Positions 18,968-27,316 of a DNA stretch of 34,126 bases are shown in pieces. Where the stretch lies: positions 1 through 34,126 of IMG/VR virus record IMGVR_UViG_3300025771_000087. One strand, given 5' to 3'. The translations under genes and the position numbers were made by a program. How positions within the stretch are numbered: position 1 is the stretch's first letter; each line of letters begins with the position of its first letter. The notes below the pieces were generated by a model. The model saw nothing but the letters and a program-made list of their open reading frames with translations. It had not been told where the DNA came from and did not search any database. This DNA comes from a virus. Its lineage: Duplodnaviria; Caudoviricetes.

Positions 18968-19699
18968 ATGAAGATTCTTCTTTACGACCTTGAGACTTCG
19001 CCGATTACGGCGCACACTTGGGGTTTATGGCAACAAAACGTGTCCATCTCGCAAATAGTCGAGTCCACTGAGGTGATTTGTTTCGGTGCGAGGTGGTTGG
19101 ACGGCAAGAACGTGAAGTTCAGGTCTGTTCATCACCACGGGAAACAAGCTATGCTTGAGAAGATTCACCAGTTGATGGATGAAGCTGACGTGATGGTCGG
19201 TTGGAACAGTGCTGCGTTCGACCGTAAACACTTGAACCGTGAGTTTCTGCAAGCTGGGATGACCCCACCGTCACCTTCACGTGAGTTAGATTTGATGAAG
19301 GTGGTGAAAGCTCAGTTCAAGTTCCCGTCGAACAAACTGGACTATGTCGCGCAAACGTTGGGTGTTGGCGGTAAGGTGAACCACACTGGGTTCCAGTTGT
19401 GGCTTGACTGCATGGCTGGGAACGATAAGGCGTGGCGCTTGATGCGGAAGTATCAGGTGCAAGATGTCCAGTTGTTGGGTGAGCTTTATGAGAAGCTGAA
19501 GCCGTGGATGAAGTGGCATCCGGATAAGAACATCATCGATGGTCAGGATGACGGGTGCACGGTTTGTGGTGGTGAACTTCGTGAGAGTGGCGAGTACCAC
19601 ACGAACAGTGGGGCTTACCTGAAGTTTGTGTGCCGGTCGTGTGGGAAGTACCACCGCGCCGTGAAGCGGTCTAGGACTTCGTCGGTACGGTCTATTTAG
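18968..19699 (+). CDS. DEDD / RNase H-like exonuclease with C-terminal Zn ribbon
   Basis: YDLET (ExoI), GWNSAAFD (ExoII), YQVQDV (ExoIII); CTVC..CRSC. Confidence 0.8.
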   Translation: MKILLYDLETSPITAHTWGLWQQNVSISQIVESTEVICFGARWLDGKNVKFRSVHHHGKQAMLEKIHQLMDEADVMVGWNSAAFDRKHLNREFLQAGMTPPSPSRELDLMKVVKAQFKFPSNKLDYVAQTLGVGGKVNHTGFQLWLDCMAGNDKAWRLMRKYQVQDVQLLGELYEKLKPWMKWHPDKNIIDGQDDGCTVCGGELRESGEYHTNSGAYLKFVCRSCGKYHRAVKRSRTSSVRSI

Positions 19700-19735
19700 G
19701 GCGTGTTGCTTTGGTGTGACACGCCCGTCTTTTTT
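19699..19735 (+). terminator. Intrinsic terminator ending the late operon
   Basis: GGGCGTGTT/GACACGCCC stem followed by GTC and a T run. Confidence 0.75.
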
Positions 19736-19748
19736 CATGTCACAAAAC

Positions 19749-19778
19749 TTGACAAATAGTCAAATCATATGATTTAAT
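19749..19778 (+). promoter_or_regulatory. Sigma70-type early promoter P1 with overlapping palindrome
   Basis: TTGACA-N18-TTTAAT with TG extension; perfect palindrome AAATCATATGATTT at 19762-19775. Confidence 0.75.
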
Positions 19779-19824
19779 TGAAATATAAACAAGGCCAACC
19801 GGCCCAAATGAAAGGAATCGCAAA

Positions 19825-20469
19825 ATGGACATGAAAAACCTGCAATGGGAAGACATCCACAAGTACACCCGTGTTTACATGTGGGGTGACGAGCCTAAGA
19901 ACACCTACCCTGCCGAATGGCAGTTGCACCCAGAGGACGCTCACACCGACGCATTCTGCTGGGTAGACCACACCGATGAGTTCACCCCGGCACTCGCCAA
20001 CAAGCACTGGGCATGTTGCCACTGCGGTTGTGGACAGCCAGCTAACAACTGGTACGTTCCTGGCCACGACCAAAAGCACTACGGCGCTCTACTGCGCGAA
20101 TGGGGAATGGCCGTCAACAACAGTGACCGCCTGCGCATCATCCGTAACGCACAGGAACACACCACCAACGGCGTGTGGTCGAAGTTCATGAACCGCACCG
20201 GATTCACCATCGAGCGTGGCTACGCAGGTGAAGGCGACTTGACCTACGTCGCCTTTCACGACGTCAAGACCGCCGTCACCAAGGTCGGACGTTGGTACTA
20301 CCCAGTAGTGTACAGCACGACTGGTCGGGCCTACCGTTCATCCAAGCCCATCAAAGACACATTCGAGGCTGGACACACCTTCGACATCAAGGTCAGCATC
20401 GCAGACGTCGAGTTGCTGTGGGACATCATGGAAGCACAGAAAAAAGAGAAGGAGGAGGTGGCTGCTTAG
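19825..20469 (+). CDS. Early hypothetical protein with CxCGCG..PGHD motif
   Basis: AAAGGA RBS; first gene after P1; CCHCGCGQPANNWYVPGHD. Confidence 0.7.
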   Translation: MDMKNLQWEDIHKYTRVYMWGDEPKNTYPAEWQLHPEDAHTDAFCWVDHTDEFTPALANKHWACCHCGCGQPANNWYVPGHDQKHYGALLREWGMAVNNSDRLRIIRNAQEHTTNGVWSKFMNRTGFTIERGYAGEGDLTYVAFHDVKTAVTKVGRWYYPVVYSTTGRAYRSSKPIKDTFEAGHTFDIKVSIADVELLWDIMEAQKKEKEEVAA

Positions 20470-20500
20470 GCAGTCACCCCTCACCCTAAAAGGAGGAATC

Positions 20501-20875
20501 ATGCGAACAATGCACATATCAGCGAGAGGTGGGGTCCAAGACCTCATCCTCGAAGAGGACACCCAGCTGGAGCAGATGCAACAGGCAGTGGGTGGCAACA
20601 TCGAACCGTACCGCGACCCCACTGAAGACCGCGACATCCACTTCTGGGTGAACGAAGACGGTATCGGCCTTGGCCTGCCGGTCAACATGGTGGCGTCAAT
20701 CCTCGCCGGTCACCAACTGCGCGGAGACGTCGTCATCACCTCAATGTCCAGGTCTGGTGTGCACCTAGCTGCCCTGCCAGACGAATACTGGCGCGAGGTG
20801 GCATTCCTCAAGCTCATGATGGCCGGTGGGTACCTGCCGTCCGACGACACGCAAATGAGCGATGATCATGACTAG
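20501..20875 (+). CDS. DUF3846-like protein
   Basis: AGGAGG RBS; LEQMQQAVGGNIE, WVNEDG, LPVN, GDVVI. Confidence 0.7.
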   Translation: MRTMHISARGGVQDLILEEDTQLEQMQQAVGGNIEPYRDPTEDRDIHFWVNEDGIGLGLPVNMVASILAGHQLRGDVVITSMSRSGVHLAALPDEYWREVAFLKLMMAGGYLPSDDTQMSDDHD

Positions 20876-20918
20876 GAGACAACGAGGTGCTAAACTGGAT
20901 GAGCCGAAAAGGAGAACC

Positions 20919-21398
20919 ATGAAAATCAGCAAACACTCATGCGGATTTTGCAGTACAGGCTCACACCAATACTGCCGTTCCGTAGTTACAAACGGTGACG
21001 AAGTCACACTAGTCAAATGCCCATGTGGGTGCCCAGCGTCCGAACAGCTCAGGTGCGTGGTTTGTGAAAACCGCACCGAAGAAGAAATCGACCCAGACAC
21101 CTACACCTGCCTCGACCCCACCGCGTGCATCAGTGAGTACAACATGCGGAAAGCCAGAGCGGAAAGCACCCTGTTCCCCAACGGTATCGAGGTCAAAGAG
21201 AAACCGAAAGGCGGAGAATGCAACTGTGGCTGTGGCAACTCTACAAGTGGTGGTTTGTTCAAACCAGGTCACGCCGACAAACTCGTCGCTGGCTTAGCAA
21301 AAGACGTAAAAGCAGGCGCGAAGTCGGAAGACGACGTACGGGAGATGCTGCTACACATCTCCGAAGGTCTACTCAAGAAGCTGGACGCTAGACTGTGA
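20919..21398 (+). CDS. Cys-rich hypothetical protein with CxCGCG..PGH motif
   Basis: AAGGAG RBS before ATG 20919; many Cys; CNCGCGNSTSGGLFKPGHAD. Confidence 0.7.
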   Translation: MKISKHSCGFCSTGSHQYCRSVVTNGDEVTLVKCPCGCPASEQLRCVVCENRTEEEIDPDTYTCLDPTACISEYNMRKARAESTLFPNGIEVKEKPKGGECNCGCGNSTSGGLFKPGHADKLVAGLAKDVKAGAKSEDDVREMLLHISEGLLKKLDARL

Positions 21399-21751
21399 CC
21401 GGCGCTACCAACCGGCGTAAGGGCAACCAAGCTGAAACAGCAGTCGCCCGGATGTTACGTGAGAACGGTTACACTGCCGTCACCTCACGTAACGCCCGTG
21501 GTGGCACCCAGATGGGCGGTGACATCATCTCAGATTTCCCAGCGAACATCGAGGTGAAAAACCACGCCAAACTGGACCTCGCCGGGTGGTGGCGTCAAGC
21601 GGTCGCCCAAGCTGGAGACCAACCAGCGGTCGTGTTCCACAAACGGGTCGGTCACGCCAACCCCATGTTTTGGTGGGCCACCATGGACGTCCAAACACTA
21701 ATCAGACTGTTGAAGATGGCGGAGAGGCAAGCACATGACAATGAGGATTGA
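21395..21751 (+). CDS. Holliday junction resolvase (PD-(D/E)XK, Hjc-like)
   Basis: NRRKG..AE, GGDI, IEVKN. Confidence 0.8.
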   Translation: MTGATNRRKGNQAETAVARMLRENGYTAVTSRNARGGTQMGGDIISDFPANIEVKNHAKLDLAGWWRQAVAQAGDQPAVVFHKRVGHANPMFWWATMDVQTLIRLLKMAERQAHDNED

Positions 21752-21896
21752 GCCGTACATTCCACCGTCAAACGGTAAGTGCAAACGTGGATGCTGCTGG
21801 ACCCCGTACGGGTGTGGCCGTAGCCTCATCTGCGAATGCCACCCCGTCACCCACGGTCAATACCTCAAAGCATTGGAAAAAGAAGATGGAAAATAA
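21735..21896 (+). CDS. 53-aa Cys-rich protein (not in ORF track)
   Basis: GGAGAGG RBS 7 nt before ATG; MTMRIEPYIPPSNGKCKRGCCWTPYGCGRSLICECHPVTHGQYLKALEKEDGK. Confidence 0.6.
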   Translation: MTMRIEPYIPPSNGKCKRGCCWTPYGCGRSLICECHPVTHGQYLKALEKEDGK

Positions 21897-22782
21897 AGTC
21901 GTATCATACTCAGAGCTGGACACTTACCGGCAGTGCCCACTGAAACACCTGTGGGCTTACAAAGAGCGGTGGAAGCGACCAGTCGCTGAAGGTTCCGCAC
22001 TGGCCAAAGGTTCACTGTGGCACCTCGTCCTCGAAACCCACTATCTCACCTTGATGGACGGTGGTACCCTCGACCAGGCGATTGAATCGGTGCAGCCTCA
22101 CCTGTCCGACCAAGCGAGTGGCCTGCAAACCCCTGACCAAGAGTTAATACAGTGGATGTACGAAGGTTACATCGAACGGTACGGTGACGACAAAGAGTGG
22201 GAGATACTCGCAGTTGAGTACCCGTTCGTCATCAACTTGGCCGACCCAGACGGGAACCCGTCACCTTACGACATCAAAGGGAAGATTGACCTGGTGGTGC
22301 GTAACCGACTCAACGGTTCCATCTGGGTGGTGGACCACAAGTCAGGGTCGCAACTACCTGACACCATGGACCTGGAGATTGACGACCAGTTCGGTTTGTA
22401 CGTTTGGGCGTTGAACCAACCAGGTCACGACCACTGGCGACCCTCAGGTGCTATCCACTCAGCGACACGGACCACACGGAACCAGGCTGACCACCCAGGG
22501 TACACCGGGAAGTCGAAACCGCAGACGTTGGACCAGAGACACCGTCGCACTTACCTGAACCGGTCGCAGACTGAACTGCAGTCTATCGCGTTAGACGCGT
22601 GGGCGGTAGCTGCTAACGCCTACCCAACATCAGACGACCGACCACTCTACTCAGCACCAGACCCTAGGCAGTGTGGCTGGAAGTGCGACTACAAAGAGGT
22701 GCACCTGCTGGCACGTAAAGGCAAAGATGCACACACGACGCTCAGGGACTACGGTTTCGAGCAGGACTTCACGAGGCACTGA
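21886..22782 (+). CDS. Cas4/RecB-like PD-(D/E)XK exonuclease
   Basis: SYSELDTYRQCP, GSLWH, GKIDL, VVDHKS, CGWKCDY; start moved to ATG 21886. Confidence 0.85.
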   Translation: MENKVVSYSELDTYRQCPLKHLWAYKERWKRPVAEGSALAKGSLWHLVLETHYLTLMDGGTLDQAIESVQPHLSDQASGLQTPDQELIQWMYEGYIERYGDDKEWEILAVEYPFVINLADPDGNPSPYDIKGKIDLVVRNRLNGSIWVVDHKSGSQLPDTMDLEIDDQFGLYVWALNQPGHDHWRPSGAIHSATRTTRNQADHPGYTGKSKPQTLDQRHRRTYLNRSQTELQSIALDAWAVAANAYPTSDDRPLYSAPDPRQCGWKCDYKEVHLLARKGKDAHTTLRDYGFEQDFTRH

Positions 22783-24821
22783 TGCGACCGTCAACCTTGC
22801 TTAGGCTTTACACTGAAGGGTACGCACCCTTAGGGCCGGTCGCGCTTGACACTGAGACGTCCGGACTCCACGTGGATGACGGTGCACGAGTCGCAGTGGT
22901 GTCCATCGCATTCCAGATTGATGAAGCCTGGGAGCATATTCTGGAAAGCCACGGAAGCCCAACGGAGACACCGAATGACCCGGTTTGGGGTGTTGAGCCA
23001 TATTGCGGTTCACTCAAGGTCTCCTTGGTGTCCTTCGCGTTCCCGTTCGACCAAGGAGTCGCAGGTACCGGTAAAGTGGAAGACACAGGCCAGCAGTCGT
23101 TCTTCGACCAAGACGACAACCTCGACCGTGGTGAATGGGAAGCGCTACTCGAATGGTTGCAACTGGTCGGACCGAACGGGTTCGTCTTCCATAACGCCAA
23201 GTTCGACATGCACATGATGAGAGCCGGTGTCCGTAGGTGGCCAGGGTTGGGTATTGACCTCGCCAGGTGGTTGTACTGGGACACGCAAAACGTCTGCCAC
23301 CTCGCATGGCCAGAGACCAAAACCACCTCACTCAAGCCGACCGCTAAACGACTGTGGGGAATCAAAGAGACTGACGAGTCGGAGTTAGTGCAGACTTATT
23401 TGCGCAAAGCTAAGCTGCCAAGAGGTCGTTGGGACTTGGTGCCTTGGGACGTCATCGCACCGTACGCCCAGCAAGACGCCAGACTGACCCTCAGACTTTA
23501 CCTACACCAACTGCACCTGCTTGAGCAGGGTGAGCTGGCACCGTGGCTGGACACTGAACACCTCACACCTTACGAAGCCATCCAACGTCGGTTGGAAGTC
23601 ACGTTGATGCTGTATCGGATTGAACAACGGGGTCTGCCGTTCGACGGCCAACGGGCAGAGACAGTCGGCAAAGCCATCGACCTGAAAGTCACTGAACTGC
23701 AAGCGCAACTGCCCTTCAAACCAGCGACCCTACCAGTCGCCAAACACTACTGGTTCGGTACCGGCGACCGTAACGGGGTGAAAGGTCTCGGACTGAAACC
23801 CTACGCCTTCACCCAATCCGGTCTACCCCAAGTGAACGCCCAAGTCATCGACAAGATGGTGGCTAATAAAGTCAAAGGTGCCCAAGAGTGGCGTGACCTA
23901 CAGAAACTGCAAACCGTAGGTTCAAGGTGGTACCACGGTTGGGCTGAACTGGTCGGCACCGACGGCCGACTCAGGGCATCGTTCAGGCAAAACGGTACAG
24001 TCAGTGGTCGGTTCTCGGTCGAACGGGTTCAACTGCAAGCCATCCCCCACGACTACCGACTCACTAACGAAGTCCTCAAAGGGATACCGACACCCAGGCA
24101 ACTCATCGCCGATGGTGTGCCAGACGGTTACGAACTGTGGGAGTTAGACCTAGCTCAAGCTGAACTGAGAGTAGCTGCTTTGTACGCCGACTGCACCAGG
24201 ATGCTTGAGCTGATTAGGAATGGTGACGACCTACACGGTGACGCTGCTAAGGAGCTGTTCAGTGTGGCACCTGACGACCCTAAGTGGGGTGAGATGCGGA
24301 ACGTGGCGAAACGCGCTAACTTCTCCCTCATCTTCGGTGTTGGGCCTGACAAACTGCGCGGTGATATTGAAGCTCAAACCGGTATCGTCCTCGGTCGCGA
24401 CGAAACCAGGGACCTCGTTTATGCGTGGCACAACCTGTACCCTGAGTACCACCGTTCAATCGAGTCGCACATGCGAATCGTGGAGAAACGGCAGAAACAA
24501 CACGGGTTCGGTTGGGTCAGCTTATGGAATGGGGAACGTCGGTGGTTTACTCATGAGGAAGAAGCGCACAAAGCGTTCAACCAGAGGGTGCAACCGGCGT
24601 TGGCTCAGTTCGGAATGGATTGGGCGTTAGCCACTGAGCAACGGTTGATGAATCAAGACGGCCAAGGTATTGTGATGACTATTCACGACTCGTTGGTGTT
24701 GCTGCTGAGGGCGGATAAAGCTGAGGATACAGCTAAGGAGATACAGATGTTGGGGACGCAACTTTGGGAGCGCGTGTTCCCTGGTGTGCCAGGTGGTATC
24801 GATTGTAAGAGATGGTCCTAA
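22782..24821 (+). CDS. Family A DNA polymerase with 3'-5' exonuclease; candidate DpoZ-like
   Basis: DTET, HNAKFD, YAQQD exonuclease motifs; SGRFS, DLAQAELR (A), RNVAKRANFSLIFG (B), IHDS (C). Family is secure; Z-specificity is inferred only from linkage to purZ. Confidence 0.92.
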   Translation: MRPSTLLRLYTEGYAPLGPVALDTETSGLHVDDGARVAVVSIAFQIDEAWEHILESHGSPTETPNDPVWGVEPYCGSLKVSLVSFAFPFDQGVAGTGKVEDTGQQSFFDQDDNLDRGEWEALLEWLQLVGPNGFVFHNAKFDMHMMRAGVRRWPGLGIDLARWLYWDTQNVCHLAWPETKTTSLKPTAKRLWGIKETDESELVQTYLRKAKLPRGRWDLVPWDVIAPYAQQDARLTLRLYLHQLHLLEQGELAPWLDTEHLTPYEAIQRRLEVTLMLYRIEQRGLPFDGQRAETVGKAIDLKVTELQAQLPFKPATLPVAKHYWFGTGDRNGVKGLGLKPYAFTQSGLPQVNAQVIDKMVANKVKGAQEWRDLQKLQTVGSRWYHGWAELVGTDGRLRASFRQNGTVSGRFSVERVQLQAIPHDYRLTNEVLKGIPTPRQLIADGVPDGYELWELDLAQAELRVAALYADCTRMLELIRNGDDLHGDAAKELFSVAPDDPKWGEMRNVAKRANFSLIFGVGPDKLRGDIEAQTGIVLGRDETRDLVYAWHNLYPEYHRSIESHMRIVEKRQKQHGFGWVSLWNGERRWFTHEEEAHKAFNQRVQPALAQFGMDWALATEQRLMNQDGQGIVMTIHDSLVLLLRADKAEDTAKEIQMLGTQLWERVFPGVPGGIDCKRWS

Positions 24822-24831
24822 GGAGGGAATC

Positions 24832-24972
24832 ATGAAGAGAAGAGAAACGTACGAACGTCCGAAGCCGAACATGGTCAAAGCGACTTTTGGTTGTCTTTGG
24901 TTGTTGTTCCTGTTGGGTGCGGTCACTGCGGTGGTCACGCTGGCTATCATGCTGGTGGTGAACGCTTTCTAA
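24832..24972 (+). CDS. Small membrane protein
   Basis: AGGAGG RBS; basic N-terminus then one long hydrophobic segment. Confidence 0.6.
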   Translation: MKRRETYERPKPNMVKATFGCLWLLFLLGAVTAVVTLAIMLVVNAF

Positions 24973-25196
24973 TGACGAATGAGAAAATCGGTGAGCTTAT
25001 CGGCTTGACCTACTCAGCGGTGTCACGTCTTAGACGTGGTGAGCGCTTGCCGTCGGTTGAGGTGATGGTAAACATTGATAAGCATTTCAAGTGGGATGTG
25101 GGTGACCAGGTGAAGGTTCGCCTGTCTGGTGGCCCTAAAGCCTACGCTAAGAAGCTGAATGAGTTGATTTATGCGGTGGTTGAAAAGCAGGTTTGA
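24972..25196 (+). CDS. HTH DNA-binding protein (XRE/Cro-like)
   Basis: TAATG coupling; MTNEKIGELIGLTYSAVSRLRRGERLPS. Confidence 0.8.
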   Translation: MTNEKIGELIGLTYSAVSRLRRGERLPSVEVMVNIDKHFKWDVGDQVKVRLSGGPKAYAKKLNELIYAVVEKQV

Positions 25197-25219
25197 CGAC
25201 ACGCCCGGACTGCAAATAC

Positions 25220-25249
25220 TTGTCAAAGTGTCAAGTCATATGATTTAAT
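25220..25249 (+). promoter_or_regulatory. Promoter P2, near-duplicate of P1
   Basis: TTGTCA-N18-TTTAAT with TG extension; shares TCATATGATTTAAT and the downstream AACAAGG with P1. Confidence 0.7.
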
Positions 25250-25297
25250 AGTTATATGAACAAGGGCACAAGCCCCAAACCGACAGGAGAATCGCTC

Positions 25298-25585
25298 ATG
25301 AAGACAGCAACACCCACCAAATTCGAAGCCTTCGTAAACGAACTGCGTGAGGCACAAGCCAAAGCAGCTGGGGGATACGGCACCACACTCCCCTACCCAG
25401 CCGACGTCCTCGAAGGCACCAACACCGACTTCGACGTCGCCATCAGCCAAGCACGCGCACTGCTCCAAAAGCGCCAAGAGCAAGTAGAGTCCCTCGCTTG
25501 CTGGTTGCGCTTGGTGGATAAGTGCGTCGCCGAGGGTGGCAAAGAAGAATACATCGCCGAAATCGAACGCATCTACAGCAAATAA
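25298..25585 (+). CDS. Hypothetical protein
   Basis: AGGAG RBS before ATG 25298. Confidence 0.65.
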   Translation: MKTATPTKFEAFVNELREAQAKAAGGYGTTLPYPADVLEGTNTDFDVAISQARALLQKRQEQVESLACWLRLVDKCVAEGGKEEYIAEIERIYSK

Positions 25586-25597
25586 GGAGAATCGCTC

Positions 25598-25768
25598 ATG
25601 TACTCAATCATCGAAACCCAACTGCCAATCGAAGGCACCAAGAAGCAAACCCAGCGGATATACCGCATTGATGGTCCGAGTTTCACCACCATCAACTCAT
25701 TCTGGCAGCACCTCGTGGACAACAACGTCATCGAGAGCTACACCATCTGGGAAGGGGAAATCAAATGA
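25598..25768 (+). CDS. 56-aa hypothetical protein (not in ORF track)
   Basis: Same 16-nt leader as the previous gene; MYSIIETQLP..WEGEIK; ATGA overlap with next gene. Confidence 0.7.
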   Translation: MYSIIETQLPIEGTKKQTQRIYRIDGPSFTTINSFWQHLVDNNVIESYTIWEGEIK

Positions 25769-26022
25769 ACGTCACAGTCACCCTCACACCAGATGAGCTT
25801 CGCGCTCTCTACACCGCACTCGAACTATTCGACGCAGACCGAGACGCCCTGATTGAGGAAGACGACACCTGGGAACCCACCTTCGCCTCAATCGACAGTT
25901 TCTACCGGAAGGTCGTCATCGAGAAGACCATCCAAGACCTGGCCGAAGAGCACCCCAACGCGTCACGCACCCTCATCCGTAAGCACGTCGTGAAAGCACT
26001 CAAAGAGAACGGAGACAACTAA
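25765..26022 (+). CDS. Hypothetical protein
   Basis: ATGA and TAATG coupling on both sides. Confidence 0.65.
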   Translation: MNVTVTLTPDELRALYTALELFDADRDALIEEDDTWEPTFASIDSFYRKVVIEKTIQDLAEEHPNASRTLIRKHVVKALKENGDN

Positions 26023-26240
26023 TGAGTTACCGCGTCTGGTACCGAACCTACACCGAAGAAGTAGACGCCATCCCAAACGTCAAACCCTTCGACACCTACG
26101 AAGAAGCAGTCAAATGGGCCAGCGACTACATGACCCAAGAAAGCAGTCGATGGGACCAATACGTCAGAGCAGTCGAAATCCAACACATCCAATGTGGCGA
26201 AATCGTCTACTACTGTGAATGCCCAGAGGAGGCAGCATGA
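26022..26240 (+). CDS. Hypothetical protein
   Basis: GGAG RBS; coupled start; FDTYEEAVKWA. Confidence 0.65.
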   Translation: MSYRVWYRTYTEEVDAIPNVKPFDTYEEAVKWASDYMTQESSRWDQYVRAVEIQHIQCGEIVYYCECPEEAA

Positions 26241-26320
26241 ATTACCAAGCACTCCGTTTTTGGACAATCACCGGCATGGTCACCCTCACCATCCTCACCA
26301 CGCTGTACGACAGGGTGTGA
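26237..26320 (+). CDS. 27-aa hydrophobic peptide (not in ORF track)
   Basis: GAGGAGG RBS, ATGA overlap; MNYQALRFWTITGMVTLTILTTLYDRV. Confidence 0.55.
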   Translation: MNYQALRFWTITGMVTLTILTTLYDRV

Positions 26321-26339
26321 TGACTCAGAGGCAAGGCCA

Positions 26340-26416
26340 TGGTAGAATAGAGGTCCCTGGGTGGGGCACCACCGGTCTCCACCAACCCCACCCAGGGCCG
26401 ACCCAGCGGTACTGGG
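26340..26416 (+). promoter_or_regulatory. Extended -10 promoter and structured leader
   Basis: TGGTAGAAT at 26340-26348; 12-bp inverted repeat CCCTGGGTGGGG/CCCCACCCAGGG; second hairpin CCCAG/CTGGG. Confidence 0.5.
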
Positions 26417-26437
26417 CAGAAATAACGAAAGAAGAAA

Positions 26438-27316
26438 ATGCCGAAACAAGAAGATAACCCAACAGAGCCGGAGCAAATCCCGGCCCCCAAGAAACAAACC
26501 AACAGTCTGTTCGCCACACTAGCCGACAAAGAAGAACACCTCAACGTTCTCCTATTCGGACGAGAAGGCAGTGGGAAAACCACAGCAGCCTGCACCCTCG
26601 CAAACCTAGGTTACGGCAAAGTGCTAGTAATCAACGCGGAGGGTGGCCTCAAGAAGAACACACTCAAAAGGAGAGGGATAGACGTCAGTCGCATCCTCAT
26701 CTGGCCAAACGACGGACAACCCATCACCTACCACGGGATGGTCGAAGTCTACAACCAGATGAGAGCCGACCTCGACAAAGACCCCAAATCCTGGGCAGGC
26801 GTCATCTTCGACTCCGCAACCGAAATCGTCCCAGCGTTAGTAGACCAAGTGGCTAAAGACCGCATGGAGAAAAGCGCCAGACGAGGACAACCCATCGAAG
26901 GTATCGACGAGTTCTTTACCGACAGGTCAGACTACGGCACCATGTCCAAGATGTTCAGGGACATCCTCCGTAAGTTCCGCGACCTGCCAGTCCACTTCAT
27001 AGTCACCGCACTGGAACGACGTGACGTAGACGAAGACACCGGTAAAGTCCAATACGGACCAGCCGTCACACCAGGTGTCCAAGCCGACCTGCTAGGGTAC
27101 GTGGACCTCGTCCTCGCCTGCTCATCAGCAGACGACGAAGAAGGACTGCCCTTCAGAGCGCTCACCCGTTCAGCCGGTAAATACCGAGGGAAAGACCGGC
27201 TAGGTGTGCTGCCTAAAGTGCTCGTCGAACCCACCATCCCACGTATCCTCGAATACGAAGACGGAACCCTGACCGAAGAGAAAGACCCCAAACAAAAGGA
27301 GCTAAAGAATGCCTAA
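26438..27316 (+). CDS. AAA ATPase, Sak4-like (AAA_24) single-strand annealing protein
   Basis: GREGSGKT Walker A, AEGG, VIFDSATE, DYG, KDR; upstream of SSB-like gene. Confidence 0.8.
   Translation: MPKQEDNPTEPEQIPAPKKQTNSLFATLADKEEHLNVLLFGREGSGKTTAACTLANLGYGKVLVINAEGGLKKNTLKRRGIDVSRILIWPNDGQPITYHGMVEVYNQMRADLDKDPKSWAGVIFDSATEIVPALVDQVAKDRMEKSARRGQPIEGIDEFFTDRSDYGTMSKMFRDILRKFRDLPVHFIVTALERRDVDEDTGKVQYGPAVTPGVQADLLGYVDLVLACSSADDEEGLPFRALTRSAGKYRGKDRLGVLPKVLVEPTIPRILEYEDGTLTEEKDPKQKELKNA

Noticed and set aside
21748-21885. N-terminal extension of the nuclease ORF as given in the track
   Set aside because: Better explained by an overlapping 53-aa gene with a strong RBS; the nuclease motif begins right after ATG 21886
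21886-22782. CRISPR-Cas system suggested by the Cas4-like nuclease
   Set aside because: No repeat-spacer array or other cas genes; solo Cas4-like nucleases are common in phage recombination modules
24891-24971. CGHC thioredoxin-like motif in the upstream extension of the HTH ORF
   Set aside because: It lies inside the membrane-protein gene in another frame; the coupled start at 24972 is more plausible
24972-25196. Immunity repressor indicating a temperate phage
   Set aside because: No integrase, partition genes, att site or divergent promoter pair seen; the HTH is short and co-oriented
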